A stretch of 64,000 nucleotides of DNA from Octopus bimaculoides (Eukaryota). Positions 23,901 to 35,874 of the stretch are shown piece after piece. A model generated the notes under the pieces. The model did not search any database and was not told the DNA's origin. It saw only the letters and a program-made list of their open reading frames with translations. The DNA lies in contig NC_068982.1 in the NCBI RefSeq assembly GCF_001194135.2, positions 153,565,074-153,629,073 of the forward strand, written 5' to 3'. A program made the translations under genes and the position numbers. Position 1 is the stretch's first letter, and each line of letters begins with the position of its first letter.

Positions 23901-25354
23901 AATCTGCTTTCAGTTACACTGTGTGGAAAATTTGGCAGATGCAAATCCTCTTGATACTTTGTGTTCATTTTCCCATTTTGTATGTCAAACACTTTTCCTT
24001 GATACGTTATATCCAGTAGCCATGGTCGAATTAGCGTGGGTAGAATTTACTTTTTTGGAATTATAAATTTCTCTTAAAAAGCGTCAAGTTATCTTAAACT
24101 TATGACGTTTATACCTGGAAATATTTTCTTGTAGAGATGATAATTCTTTTGACATAATTCCAGAAATCGAAGGAAGCCAAGTATTCTTGTAATAGAATCA
24201 ATGAGTTGTCTGCGCTTCCTGAATTTGTGTATTTAACATACACGCTTATTCAAAAACAATTGGCCAAGTAAGTCACAGAAACATAGCCATAAACTACAAA
24301 CCGGGTATTCATTTCAGGATTTTGTTTTAAAACTTAGCTATAAATATAAAAAAGATTCATGAATTTGTTCAAAATATGACTCTTTTACAGCCGCCTAAAC
24401 CAGCGGGAAGCAATGATATCACATGGTTTGCATACATAACAGTGAAAAACTTTTAAACTAGTCGCTCAAATTTAGTATTAGCATTGCTAGTGGTGATGCA
24501 TATTCTTAGATTTTCAGATTCCACTTAGAATGAGTGAAATATTTACCGGTGACTAAAATTTATTTTTCCGTGAATCAAACAGTGCACGTGACAAATTTCT
24601 AGTTTGTAATTCTTTATGAATTTTAATCGGTGATTAGCAGTGGTAGCCTTTTCAGCACGACATTATTATCCTACAAACTCATTTTAAATTTAGTGTTACT
24701 TTCTCGTGTGGTGCTTTGAAAAAAAATTCTCAAAAAAATTTCCATGATTAAAATAACTCGCAAATAACGAAGAATGATTATCTTTTAGGGTATCCTGTAT
24801 TTCTTAGAATTTAACTTTGCAGTAAATTGTGCTTTTACGTTTCTGCTCACATCACCTCTTTTGTTGCAAAAAGTGTTGTTACCTAATAACATATATTTCA
24901 CCTATTTTTCACCTATATCCAGAATAGTTTTGAGGAATGTTCATATCGGTGGCTTGATTAAATACTCACCAATAGAATGATGCTTTCCAGTTATCTTTGT
25001 AAGGAGAGACATTTCATAAGTTGCCTCAGGAGTACGATTATCAGTTACATTTGATTCTTGATTTATTTCCGAACTTCTCTTTTAATGTTTAAAATTGTCA
25101 TAATTTAGAATTTACCTGAGCAGTATCTTTCGTCTTGAAATGTGCCCTGGATAAGATATATTTCATAGATTCGGTTGAAAGATATTGAAAATAGTATACA
25201 CAAAAAGGTTTTACATGTACACCTGCTATAAATCCAAATTTTAAAGGCTCGCTTGTTTTAGTTTTGATGATATTTTCTTTAGCGTGTACAAATCGTTTTA
25301 ATCATAGGGGGAGAATTCACAAAAAACAAAAGACGAAGACACGTGATGTAGACA

Positions 25355-25470
25355 ACATGTATTAGTATAACGCTCGGGAAGTGAAAACGTCTTTAACGTT
25401 TCGAGCCTACGCTCTTCCACAGAAATGAACACAGAAAGAAACAAGGAGAGAAAATAATGTGTAGTGGCTA
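25355..25470 (-). repeat. Dispersed short repeat with hammerhead-like motif (family A, copy 2)
   Basis: Shares GTATTAGT..ACGCTCGGGAA..GAAAA..GTCTTT.ACGTTTCGAGCCTACGCTC with copies near 6655, 25833 and 39305. Confidence 0.8.
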
Positions 25471-25493
25471 GAAATCTATCATGGTGAATATAT

Positions 25494-25543
<50 letters not shown>

Positions 25544-25544
25544 T

Positions 25545-25768
25545 GTGTGTGTGTGTGTGTTTGTGTCTGTGTATGTCCCTCTAACATCTCTTGATAATCG
25601 ACTTTGGTGTGTTTACGTCCCAGTTAACTAGCGGTTCGGCAAAAGTAACCGATAGAATAAGTATCAGGTTCACAAAGAATAAGTCTGTGGGGTGGCGATT
25701 TCTTCGATAAAAGGCTGTGTTCCAGCATGGCCGAATTAAAATGACTGGAACAAATAAAAGAATATATA
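25545..25768 (+). mobile_element. 3' half of SINE family 2 after a (TG)n tract
   Basis: GTGTTTACGTCCC...AGCGGTTCGGCAAAAG..ACCGATAGAATAAGTA...TCCAGCATGGCC..AAATGACTGGAACAAATAAAAGA. Confidence 0.7.
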
Positions 25769-25832
25769 CATATACATAGTTGAAATTTATAGGAAAGCAA
25801 AAGACTAAGACAGGTGTATGAACAGTAAGTAG

Positions 25833-25950
25833 GTGTATTAGTTTGACGCTTGGGGACGTGAAAAAGTGTTTTACGTTTCCAGCCTACGCTCCTGAACAGA
25901 AAAAAAATACGAGAAAATAAACAGAGAATAAGAAAATTATGGATTTAGCG
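25833..25950 (-). repeat. Family A repeat, copy 3
   Basis: GGTGTATTAGTTTGACGCTTGGGG..GAAAAAGTGTTTTACGTTTCCAGCCTACGCTCCTGAACAGAAA. Confidence 0.8.
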
Positions 25951-28592
25951 GTCAAGCATACACACACACTTTGACTAAAGGCATCCCAGCAAGCTCAATC
26001 TGATAATACTAAGACTACTACTGCCGGAAGAGTAGCTGAGAAGAAAGAAATTTGGGCATGTGCTAAGCATATCCGAATCAGCGACAATAAATATCATCTC
26101 ACACGCGAGCAGCATAGAAAGAACTTCAGGAGAACAGTACCGAATTGCTGTTTATGATTGTAGTGATAAAGAAGATAAAAATGAATCGAAGTTATTATGA
26201 AAGAGGAAGTTGTAGTTAAGGACGAGTTATTTAATTTGACAAGTCACTTGAAATTTAAGATAACGTTTATTAACAGAAGAAATGTTGTAATTAATCCTGT
26301 ACAATTATAATACTGCCAATACTAGAATAATTCAAATAATTTCTTGCGCGGGCAAAAACACTCCTATCGCAGGAAGATATCAAATTTTGTTTTTCAATTC
26401 GAGTAATTAACAGGTGTTAGCATCACATCTTGATTGCCAGCATAGTTGTATTTGGTTAAAAAATGAAACAGTACGACAGGTACTTTTTTCTTGCAAAAAG
26501 CTTCACGGAAAACATGAATTTTGATTGCATATTAAAAAGAAAAGACCTTCATGGAGTTCTTGAAATGTGTTTTCAAAACAAGGTTCTCCATCCATTTATT
26601 ATTTCAGACGCAATGATAAGATTTGGTTTCAACGAACAAGCCATATAATCTGAATAAGATATCGACTAATTGTATGCAATTAAAGAGATATGTTCTCATT
26701 TATAGAAGAAGTGCTGTCTCTGAAAACACTTTGAAGACAGAACTAACATTTGCATTGGATTAGGTTACACCTTTGGTAATTTTATTTTGTCGAAAACCCC
26801 TCATACATAGCTTTTAAAGCGGTTTTGCAAACGATTTGGTTTCTAATAGTAACTGTTTGAATTCTTTAGAAAGACATTTGGGGAATAGGTCAACCGGTTT
26901 TTAGAGATAGAAAAAGGAAAATATCATAAGTATTCTTCAGTACCATGTATAGTATTTGGTTATGAGTATTTCAACTATGAGGGAAACAGAATGGCACGTC
27001 AAAATACTTTAAAAATTGAATACTAGTACATAAGATGACTGGGTTTTTTATTTTTGATTGGGGGGGGGGTAGTAAATGAAGAACATGAATTATTACTTTC
27101 TGTGACTGTTGTTTGAAGGTGCAGCAGGAGCAAATATTCCTAAATGCGCTTAGCTTTAGAAAATCAACGAGTTTTCTGAGAATCTTCATCGGGTCGTTAT
27201 AATCTTCATGAAGATTTCTATACATCATTACCGGGATATTAGGATTCTAAGACTTACAAATAGCAAACAAAAGAAAGACACAAGAATTCGATCAGACAAC
27301 GTAATTCTCCATACCGTCTTTCAACTTTCAAGAGATAGCAATACACTTTTTCTTAATTACAGTTAGATAGAAAAAAAAAGAACACTGTACCTTTAGATAC
27401 ACGCACCGTCACAAAACGAAAATGCCTCATATTATGCATGTCTGGACTGCCACCGGCTTTGGCTACAAGACTGCATTAAATACATCTTAATATGCAGTAA
27501 ATTCTACAGGTTTCAACTTCAACTTTGAAAACGGCTAAATACAACGTCAGCATTTCTTTCACTTTAATCAAAAGCGTTGTCATTGTTCTGTTTCACAATG
27601 TATTTATAGTAGCTCTGTAGCTAAACAACACTGTAATTGTAATATTAATGAAATATAACTCAAACATCGTGTCATTTGATTTCGAAACGTGACATCATTC
27701 GAAAGCACAAGATTTCTCTTACCCTCCAACAATTAAGTGGGAATGTCAGATATTATCAATAAACATAAATAATCACATCAAAAAGTTAAAAATTATCTCC
27801 AACAACCGCTGTAGAAAACTATGTTTGCAGGAAATAAAACTGAGTGAAGCAGTTTCAATACATTATAAATACTTATTTCATTTATCTAGCAGTTTATTTA
27901 GGATGAAATATTTTATTAATGATCAGCTTAAGAATCCCTACTTTTAATACTATAAAACGTTTAACAGCTTATTGTTACTTGTACGTTTACAAAAAGCTAA
28001 AAAAAAAGTGATAAATCTATTGAGCAAAGTATATGTAAATAGCATTTATGAATTTAATAATCATTTACGTTCTACCCAGAAACAAGTTTTCGTAAGTATA
28101 CTATACCAACCAAAGTATAGAGCTGATTTCAATTATGTGAATAATTAAGCGACTCTGATCAAAAAACAAAATTAGAACAATGAAGTATTCATTTTGATAT
28201 CTCAAAGTTTCTAGTCTGCTTGTGAAAAGTCTTACTAATTTGTTATCTTGTCAATGAGTTTTCCAAACTTTTATTTCCGATACCTTCAAAGCTGTTGGCA
28301 TCTAATTCCAAATCTACAAATATTAAAGCGGAGCAAATGTTTGTTCAGGCTCACTTTTTAACATATCAAAGCAAATATTCCTGAGCAAAGGTATTTAGGT
28401 GTAAGTTATTAACAGTTGTCTCTTATCTTTCAGTGTTAATCATATCTAAGGAATATATTTGGCTTCCCAGATTATCTCTGTTCATGTATTATGTATAGCC
28501 TTCGATAAACTTCATGTGTATAGTTCTCTAAGTAAACTTGAATTAAGAAACAATATTTCAGTTTCAGATTTTCGGTTCTAAAGACCATGGAT

Positions 28593-28765
28593 ATTGATTT
28601 TAAATGTTGGTACAAGGCCATCAATATCAGGAGATGGCTAAGTCAATTACATCGACTGCAGTGCTAAACTGGTACTTAATCTGTCGACCCCAAAAGAAAG
28701 GCAAAGTAGACTTCGGCGGAATTTGAACTCAGAACTTAAAGACGGAAAAAGCGTCGCCAAGCAAA
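28593..28765 (-). mobile_element. SINE family 1 copy (truncated)
   Basis: CTGGTACTTAAT..GTCGACCCC..AAAGGCAAAGTAGACTTCGGCGGAATTTGAACTCAGAAC, same as the copies at 39664 and 45033. Confidence 0.8.
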
Positions 28766-28793
28766 CTAAGAGCGGGTAGCCTTAAAACCCACT

Positions 28794-29013
28794 AACATCG
28801 GTTTCAAATTTTGGCACAAGACCAGCATTTTCTGGGGTGGGGTCTCGGCAATCACATCCAAACCAGTGTTGAACTGATAATTATTTTATCGACCCTAAAA
28901 AGATGAAAGGCAGAGGCAACTTCGCTGACATTTGAACTCAGAATGTAAAATCGGAAGAAAATGACGCAAACATTTTGTTCAGCGAGCTCACGTTTCTGCT
29001 ATTTCGCTGCCCT
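28794..29013 (-). mobile_element. SINE family 1 copy, tandem with the previous one
   Basis: TTATCGACCCTAAAAAGATGAAAGGC...ATTTGAACTCAGAATGTAAA...GTTTCTGCTATTTCGCTGCC. Confidence 0.75.
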
Positions 29014-32000
29014 AGAAAGCCCACTAATAGTTATATATATTTCATGCTAAAACAGAATGCGTAATAATAAATAGATTCATAACGTACAGTTTCATATTGA
29101 TTTATCGTATCTGAAGGTCAACAGCAAATAATTTAAAACCCAGTTTCCCATAGTTTTCTAGTACATCGTCTTAGTGGGAGGAAATGAAAGAAAAGTGCTG
29201 TTAGCCATGATAGATTTTTCTGTTTGCTTTTTCTTGAATCAGATAAATATTTGCACCCAATGGTATAATTTTTGTTAGACTTTGCATTTCACAAAGTTTT
29301 CGATGAGAGATCCATACTTTCTCCTTTCTTTTTATGATCTTTCTATTCGTGTAGCCAATCCAAAGTTCGCAGCGTTGAACAACTTTTTATCAACAGGGAA
29401 TTCCAATGCATATCAAAAAGACAAAAACAAACAGGAAAGTATTTGATTTGTGTTCGCAGTACAACTGTACATTGTAGCTTCATGTGGACGTTTATTTCAA
29501 TTGAACGTTTGCTATAGTGAAGATTCTGTAGAATCCTCGCTGCCTTTGCTGAAGTTAGTAGTAAGTAAGCTTTTATTACTTCTAGATATATATTGTGTCT
29601 CTTCTCAAGCAACTAAGTGAAATGATACCTAAATGCTTGAGGTATTCTCTGACATTCAAATAACGCCGGAGTATTTTATATAGCCTTTAAGATATTTCGC
29701 ATCTAGGGCCGAAATGTTTTACTGGCATTATAGCTCCTCTAAAATATCATTATGCACAAGCCCAATCTTGTTGCAATAGACTAGAATTAGATAATTATCT
29801 GTTTCACATCATCGGTATTATTTTACAAATCGAAATATAACTACATTTTACTATCAAGTCAGCGAAGACATTACAATACATTTCGGTAAATTTTAAAACA
29901 GAGCAAATCCAGACCGCTTTTGGTAGAGGATGCGGAGAAAATTTTAACAAATCAGTCAGAGAGGGAGCTGGGACGCCTACGAAAGCGTAAAGATAAAGAT
30001 GGTCGTGCTTTATACCAAGTAATGTAATCACTAGAGTCTAATCTTTGGGGATAATTTTTGTAATGGAACATTTGGACACCTTGGACCTTGTTGGGATTAC
30101 AGAATAATCGAGGCTCCAACACAGCCGGATGATTTAGAAATTCCGAAGTTAGGTAGGTGTTTGATAAATTCATTCGATATTTGCTTCCTTATTCGAAGTC
30201 ATTTTTCGTCAGCAATACAATATTTTGCTGTGAGTGTCCTACAAAATACAAAAACAAAATATTTATGAATCCTACAAAATTATAAGAAACTCTATAATGT
30301 ACAAATTACTCCATGAATTATCGAGGACATTTGTTATATCGAAAGTGATTATATCGTGAATGAAATGAAAGACATTGTATAGAATTAGATATTTTGGTTG
30401 GATTAAAAAAACATATTTCTATATAAATTTTGTGAAGGAGCTAGTAGGGAATACGTATACGGTTGCAGAAGTTATTTACTTTTTCACTTTCGTTGTCATG
30501 TTTCAAAAACTATAATTATAAATGTTGTTCTCATTCGTGTTGAAGTTGAATTTATTTTTATATCCATGGAACTTTGATAAATATTTTCACTAAATAAACC
30601 AAAGTATTACAGAAAATCTGTGATAATGGAGAAATACGAAACTACTACTTAAAAATATTTTTATAAATTCATGCACTAGTTATTAGCGAACTATATAATC
30701 GGAAGGTTTTCTTTCTTCAAATTTCCATTGCGTTTTGATATTTCTTTTCTTTCTTTCTTTTTGTTTTTTTGCTTGTTTTAGAAATACATTGTCAGTGAAA
30801 CATCAGAGATTTTGAAGAAATGTTTTACCATTATTCTAAAGTGAAAATATTTAAAACATAGCTTTGTTTTCATGAGCAATTTCAATTTGTTCCCTTTGGC
30901 TTTCATTAATATCTACTGTTGTGCGCAGTAAAAAAATATTGTGTGCACATGTCATTGTCAGTTAAGTACACAGTTAGTGCTGTAATTGACGCTGTTGTTA
31001 CCCGAAGAGCAACCCTCATCAAGAAAACCTATGTTTAAAGGCATACCAGCTGCAATTATCCTCTCTTTTTAGGAGCAACTAAAACAACAATACTAAATGG
31101 CATTTGTATTAAATCGATTTAGATCCACTTAATTTTACAAACATGAAAAACGTGTCAAACGAATGCATTTATTTTACACATCAAAGTATTTTTCTACCTA
31201 TATACAGGATCAAGATATATGAAAGCAATTGGAGTAACAAGATGATGCATACCGTTTCTCTATTCATACTAGTGCAGACGGATAAAGAATATGCAATATT
31301 TTGATTTTTTAAAGTAAAGGAAATTTAGGAAGAATAGTTCACGTTATTTGGTCAATAATTGAAGAAATGGGAGCAGTATTAATATATCTGTATATGGACA
31401 AATATAAGTAGAGAGAGAAAATAGAGAGAGATTTAGTGAAAAAGCCTACCTTTCAGTGAACGTAAGCTTGGGGATTCAGTCCTTGGACGCAGCGACGCTG
31501 TGTTGCTTCCGAAAATGAAACAATTTTATGTTGCTCCAGTAAAATGAGTACTAACGGGATGCTGGTGCAATCCTCTCTCCTCTAGCGGTGATGTCTTAGA
31601 CGTTACGCAGAAGCAGACAAAGTGTCTATGTCTGCTCACGACTACACACGCTTTTATTACAATAAACGAAAGTAGGATACATGTTTCTTATGCAGTGGAA
31701 TATGCTTTGGTCTCTCGCGCTCAGTTGTTGTAGTATGGACGTTGATCCTAACTACGCATTCAGATGAATCGTCATCATGTGAGCTATTTAACATATAGCG
31801 GGGAGCACTTGCAGGTGCTTCTACTTCGGGTAAGAAGAGACTCATTGAGCTGTATACGCCATAATAGCGATGATCATAATAAGTAAAAGAAAGAGGTTAA
31901 GGTTGAAAGACGTGTACATTTTGCTAAAACCTGAAGAGCAAAATATCAAACGGCACAAACCAGAATCTTCTTACCATCACCACTGAGTATATTCTTCACT

Positions 32001-32689
32001 TTTGTGCTGTAACTCAGATCATGCCGCCTGGTGTTAACGTCTTAGGTAAATTAAAAGATGCATTCTGAAAATAATGCTGTTCTTCATGGAGCCTCGTCAT
32101 GACTTTTTAACTGTTCTATTTAAATTAAGTATATTTGTGCAAATTAGCTAATATTTTGTGAGTCAAGTTATTTATTAAATGATAATGCTTTCCCAGACGA
32201 AAGGTCTTGTTTTTACTAGCATTTTGGTTACAAAAATATGGATCCGAGAGGAGCTTATTTTCTTACTCTCATTATTGTAGTTGTTTGCTCATAGGACCAT
32301 ACTTATTCAACAGAACAATAGTCAACCCCATTGAAGGAAAGACAGTGAAATTTTTGTCTGAGATATTGAGACACATTCCTATGTAGGATATATTTGACAG
32401 ATTAATGCCATTTCTATCAGGTCGAGAGACCCATTTGATGCTCCTCCTCCATTTATTTCTTGGTAATGTTACCACATATCACAAATCTCACACAGCTTGG
32501 GACTCTTCCGTTAGCGTTAATATCGGAAGTAGCAATTCTTGATTACAATTGCATTATGAAGGAATTTCTTTATTGATTTGATGTAGTCCCCATATACTTT
32601 TAACTGTAAATACAATAAAGGATGTTTGATATTTCTCTTCAATTGGATGGATGATCATTGCTATAATTGCGACATCCGCCAAACAAAAT

Positions 32690-32760
32690 AGGTAACTACA
32701 TTTTTTCAAGGCATATAATAAAACATTCAGCATTGTTCCACAAACGTGGATTTGTGGCTA
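32690..32760 (+). mobile_element. Highly degenerate RT fragment of an RLE-type LINE
   Basis: AAGGCATATAAT...GTTCCACAAACGTGGATT gives KAYN...VPQTWI, resembling KAYDSVPHxWI. Confidence 0.35.
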
Positions 32761-33085
32761 CAAACCAACCTAAAGCTCCATAATTCAACAGCCGATTGAA
32801 TAGTTTCATATCATTTACCAAATAATGCCTGACTAGTATATTTGGTGGTGAATAAATGGGCAATAATGGGCCTTGGCTGCTTCTGCCTCAAACTTATTTT
32901 ATAGGTTCTAAACAAGTATTAGCATATGCACCGTAATCCGTTCTAGTGCACAATTCTTAAACCTCATGTTCCCTCCGTAAACAAATCACTGAAGAATAGG
33001 AAAGAAAAGAATCTCAAAAATCACGCCGGGAAGATGCTGTTTCATCAAACAAACTGAAGAATAGATTAAACAAAACAACATTTAA

Positions 33086-33132
<47 letters not shown>

Positions 33133-33138
33133 AATGAC

Positions 33139-33188
<50 letters not shown>
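33086..33188. repeat. (GAT)n trinucleotide microsatellite
   Basis: Directly visible, nearly pure. Confidence 0.97.
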
Positions 33189-34093
33189 CTGTGATAACTA
33201 CTACCACGACGATGATGAAGTTCTACAAAGGAAGTTCATAAGAGAGAAGAATTTTAAAAAAATTCCTTTTTCGAATACAAACAGTATAGTATTTCAAATA
33301 AGTTTCTTATAAAAGATTTGTAAAATTATACATCGTAAATTTTAAAAATACGTATATGAAAATATTAAAAATGAATTTGAAGCCCAAAGAAGAAATGTTT
33401 TTTTCCAGCGCTGAGTGTTTCTTTTCGCGCTGTATGTTTGTGTGTATGTGTGTGAGCGGGGAGGCGTGTGCGAGTGTATGTTTATGTGCCTCTGTATACA
33501 CGTGTGTACGTGATTGTATGTGCCTCTTTGATATTGTAGTTGTACACAATTATGTATTTGTAAGTGTACGTGTTCTCAGCATACATAAAAGAAGCGTAAA
33601 TATGAATATGTAGTGATTAGACTATATTAATGTGTTTTTGAAACCTACAAAAGCAAATCACATGTACATAAATTTCATACATACATACATACGTACATAC
33701 ATATATGCCTTCATACACACATACATACATGCATATACTGATTCCTGTATTTCATATATACACAAAGAAGAACGATGTACAAACAAACATATATACAATA
33801 CATCATATTATATTCGTGCATGCGTTCTAAACATACTCAAAAAGTTCTACAGAAGCATTACATTACAAGTAAGATTATTTTTCCTTTTTGTTCGTTTATG
33901 TACTGTTTACGCGTTGATATGTAACCGTATGTTAACTTTATATATCAGTATATTGGTGTGTGCCGGTACTCTTGAGCATTACTATTTTATGAATACATAT
34001 AATACACTTTCATACAGGACAAATTAACTGGTACACACTAATCTACGCATATAAACTTTCACATATTATTGTATGTCTGTGTATATATTTCCA

Positions 34094-34141
<48 letters not shown>

Positions 34142-34217
34142 TGTTGAGATGGTTAATAGGGATGTTTGTAAACAATGAACATCTTTACATACACACACAC
34201 ATATATATGTATGTATG

Positions 34218-34283
<66 letters not shown>

Positions 34284-34511
34284 ATGTGTATATGTAGTTA
34301 TGTATGTATATATACGTATACATACACACTCACATATCTGTGCATGTTTTATGTATATAAAATGATACTACCATCTAAATTCTATATGAACAAAGAAGCA
34401 TGCATTTAGGCAGAGGTAAATGCACACATAAAGACAACATAGAAATGATATAATCCCTGCATTCATCCATCTATGTATGTCTACACACGCACAAATTAAT
34501 AATAAGGAGAA

Positions 34512-34728
34512 CAGAGATTTATATATCCAGTTTTATTCTGCTGTCAATCACGTCTTTCCATTTCTGAAGCTACATTTCTACACCTGAAGAAGCGGCAATT
34601 AACACCAAAAAAGTACACCAAGGTGCAAAACTTTTCAGTGTACACGAAATTGCAGTAGAAATATATGTAGGATCAGAAATGGAAAGACCTGATTGACAGT
34701 AGAATAAAACTGGATATATAAATCTCTG
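34512..34728. repeat. 217-bp fold-back element with ~70-bp inverted arms
   Basis: 34512-34581 is the reverse complement of 34655-34728, with 4 mismatches and one 4-nt indel. Confidence 0.9.
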
Positions 34729-34948
34729 GTCTACTTATTATTAATTTATTTCTTCTCTGCCGACAACATGCAATCTCTATAGGGACATATGGATTTACTG
34801 ACATGAAGATCTACTGTGGATATCAAAATAACTGGGATTGTTTTTCTATTCTCACAGAGGTTAACCAGCATTATTAACCGGAAAAAAGTGAATATGGGAC
34901 CTGCTAAGATTATCTATCCCTACCAATCAAATTTAGAAATATATATAC

Positions 34949-35032
<84 letters not shown>

Positions 35033-35841
35033 NNNNNNNNNNNNNNNNNNNNNNNNNNNNNNNNNNNNNNNNNNNNNNNNNNNNNNNNNNNNNNNNNNNN
35101 NNNNNNNNNNNNNNNNNNNNNNNNNNNNNNNNNNNNNNNNNNNNNNNNNNNNNNNNNNNNNNNNNNNNNNNNNNNNNNNNNNNNNNNNNNNNNNNNNNNN
35201 NNNNNNNNNNNNNNNNNNNNNNNNNNNNNNNNNNNNNNNNNNNNNNNNNNNNNNNNNNNNNNNNNNNNNNNNNNNNNNNNNNNNNNNNNNNNNNNNNNNN
35301 NNNNNNNNNNNNNNNNNNNNNNNNNNNNNNNNNNNNNNNNNNNNNNNNNNNNNNNNNNNNNNNNNNNNNNNNNNNNNNNNNNNNNNNNNNNNNNNNNNNN
35401 NNNNNNNNNNNNNNNNNNNNNNNNNNNNNNNNNNNNNNNNNNNNNNNNNNNNNNNNNNNNNNNNNNNNNNNNNNNNNNNNNNNNNNNNNNNNNNNNNNNN
35501 NNNNNNNNNNNNNNNNNNNNNNNNNNNNNNNNNNNNNNNNNNNNNNNNNNNNNNNNNNNNNNNNNNNNNNNNNNNNNNNNNNNNNNNNNNNNNNNNNNNN
35601 NNNNNNNNNNNNNNNNNNNNNNNNNNNNNNNNNNNNNNNNNNNNNNNNNNNNNNNNNNNNNNNNNNNNNNNNNNNNNNNNNNNNNNNNNNNNNNNNNNNN
35701 NNNNNNNNNNNNNNNNNNNNNNNNNNNNNNNNNNNNNNNNNNNNNNNNNNNNNNNNNNNNNNNNNNNNNNNNNNNNNNNNNNNNNNNNNNNNNNNNNNNN
35801 NNNNNNNNNNNNNNNNNNNNNNNNNNNNNNNNNNNNNNNNN
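35033..35841. other. Assembly gap
   Basis: N run between (GT)n and (TA)n. Confidence 1.
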
Positions 35842-35873
<32 letters not shown>

Positions 35874-35874
35874 C

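Noticed and set aside
33086-33188. Poly-Asp or poly-Met coding potential of (GAT)n
   Set aside because: No flanking ORF or splice context; a simple repeat.
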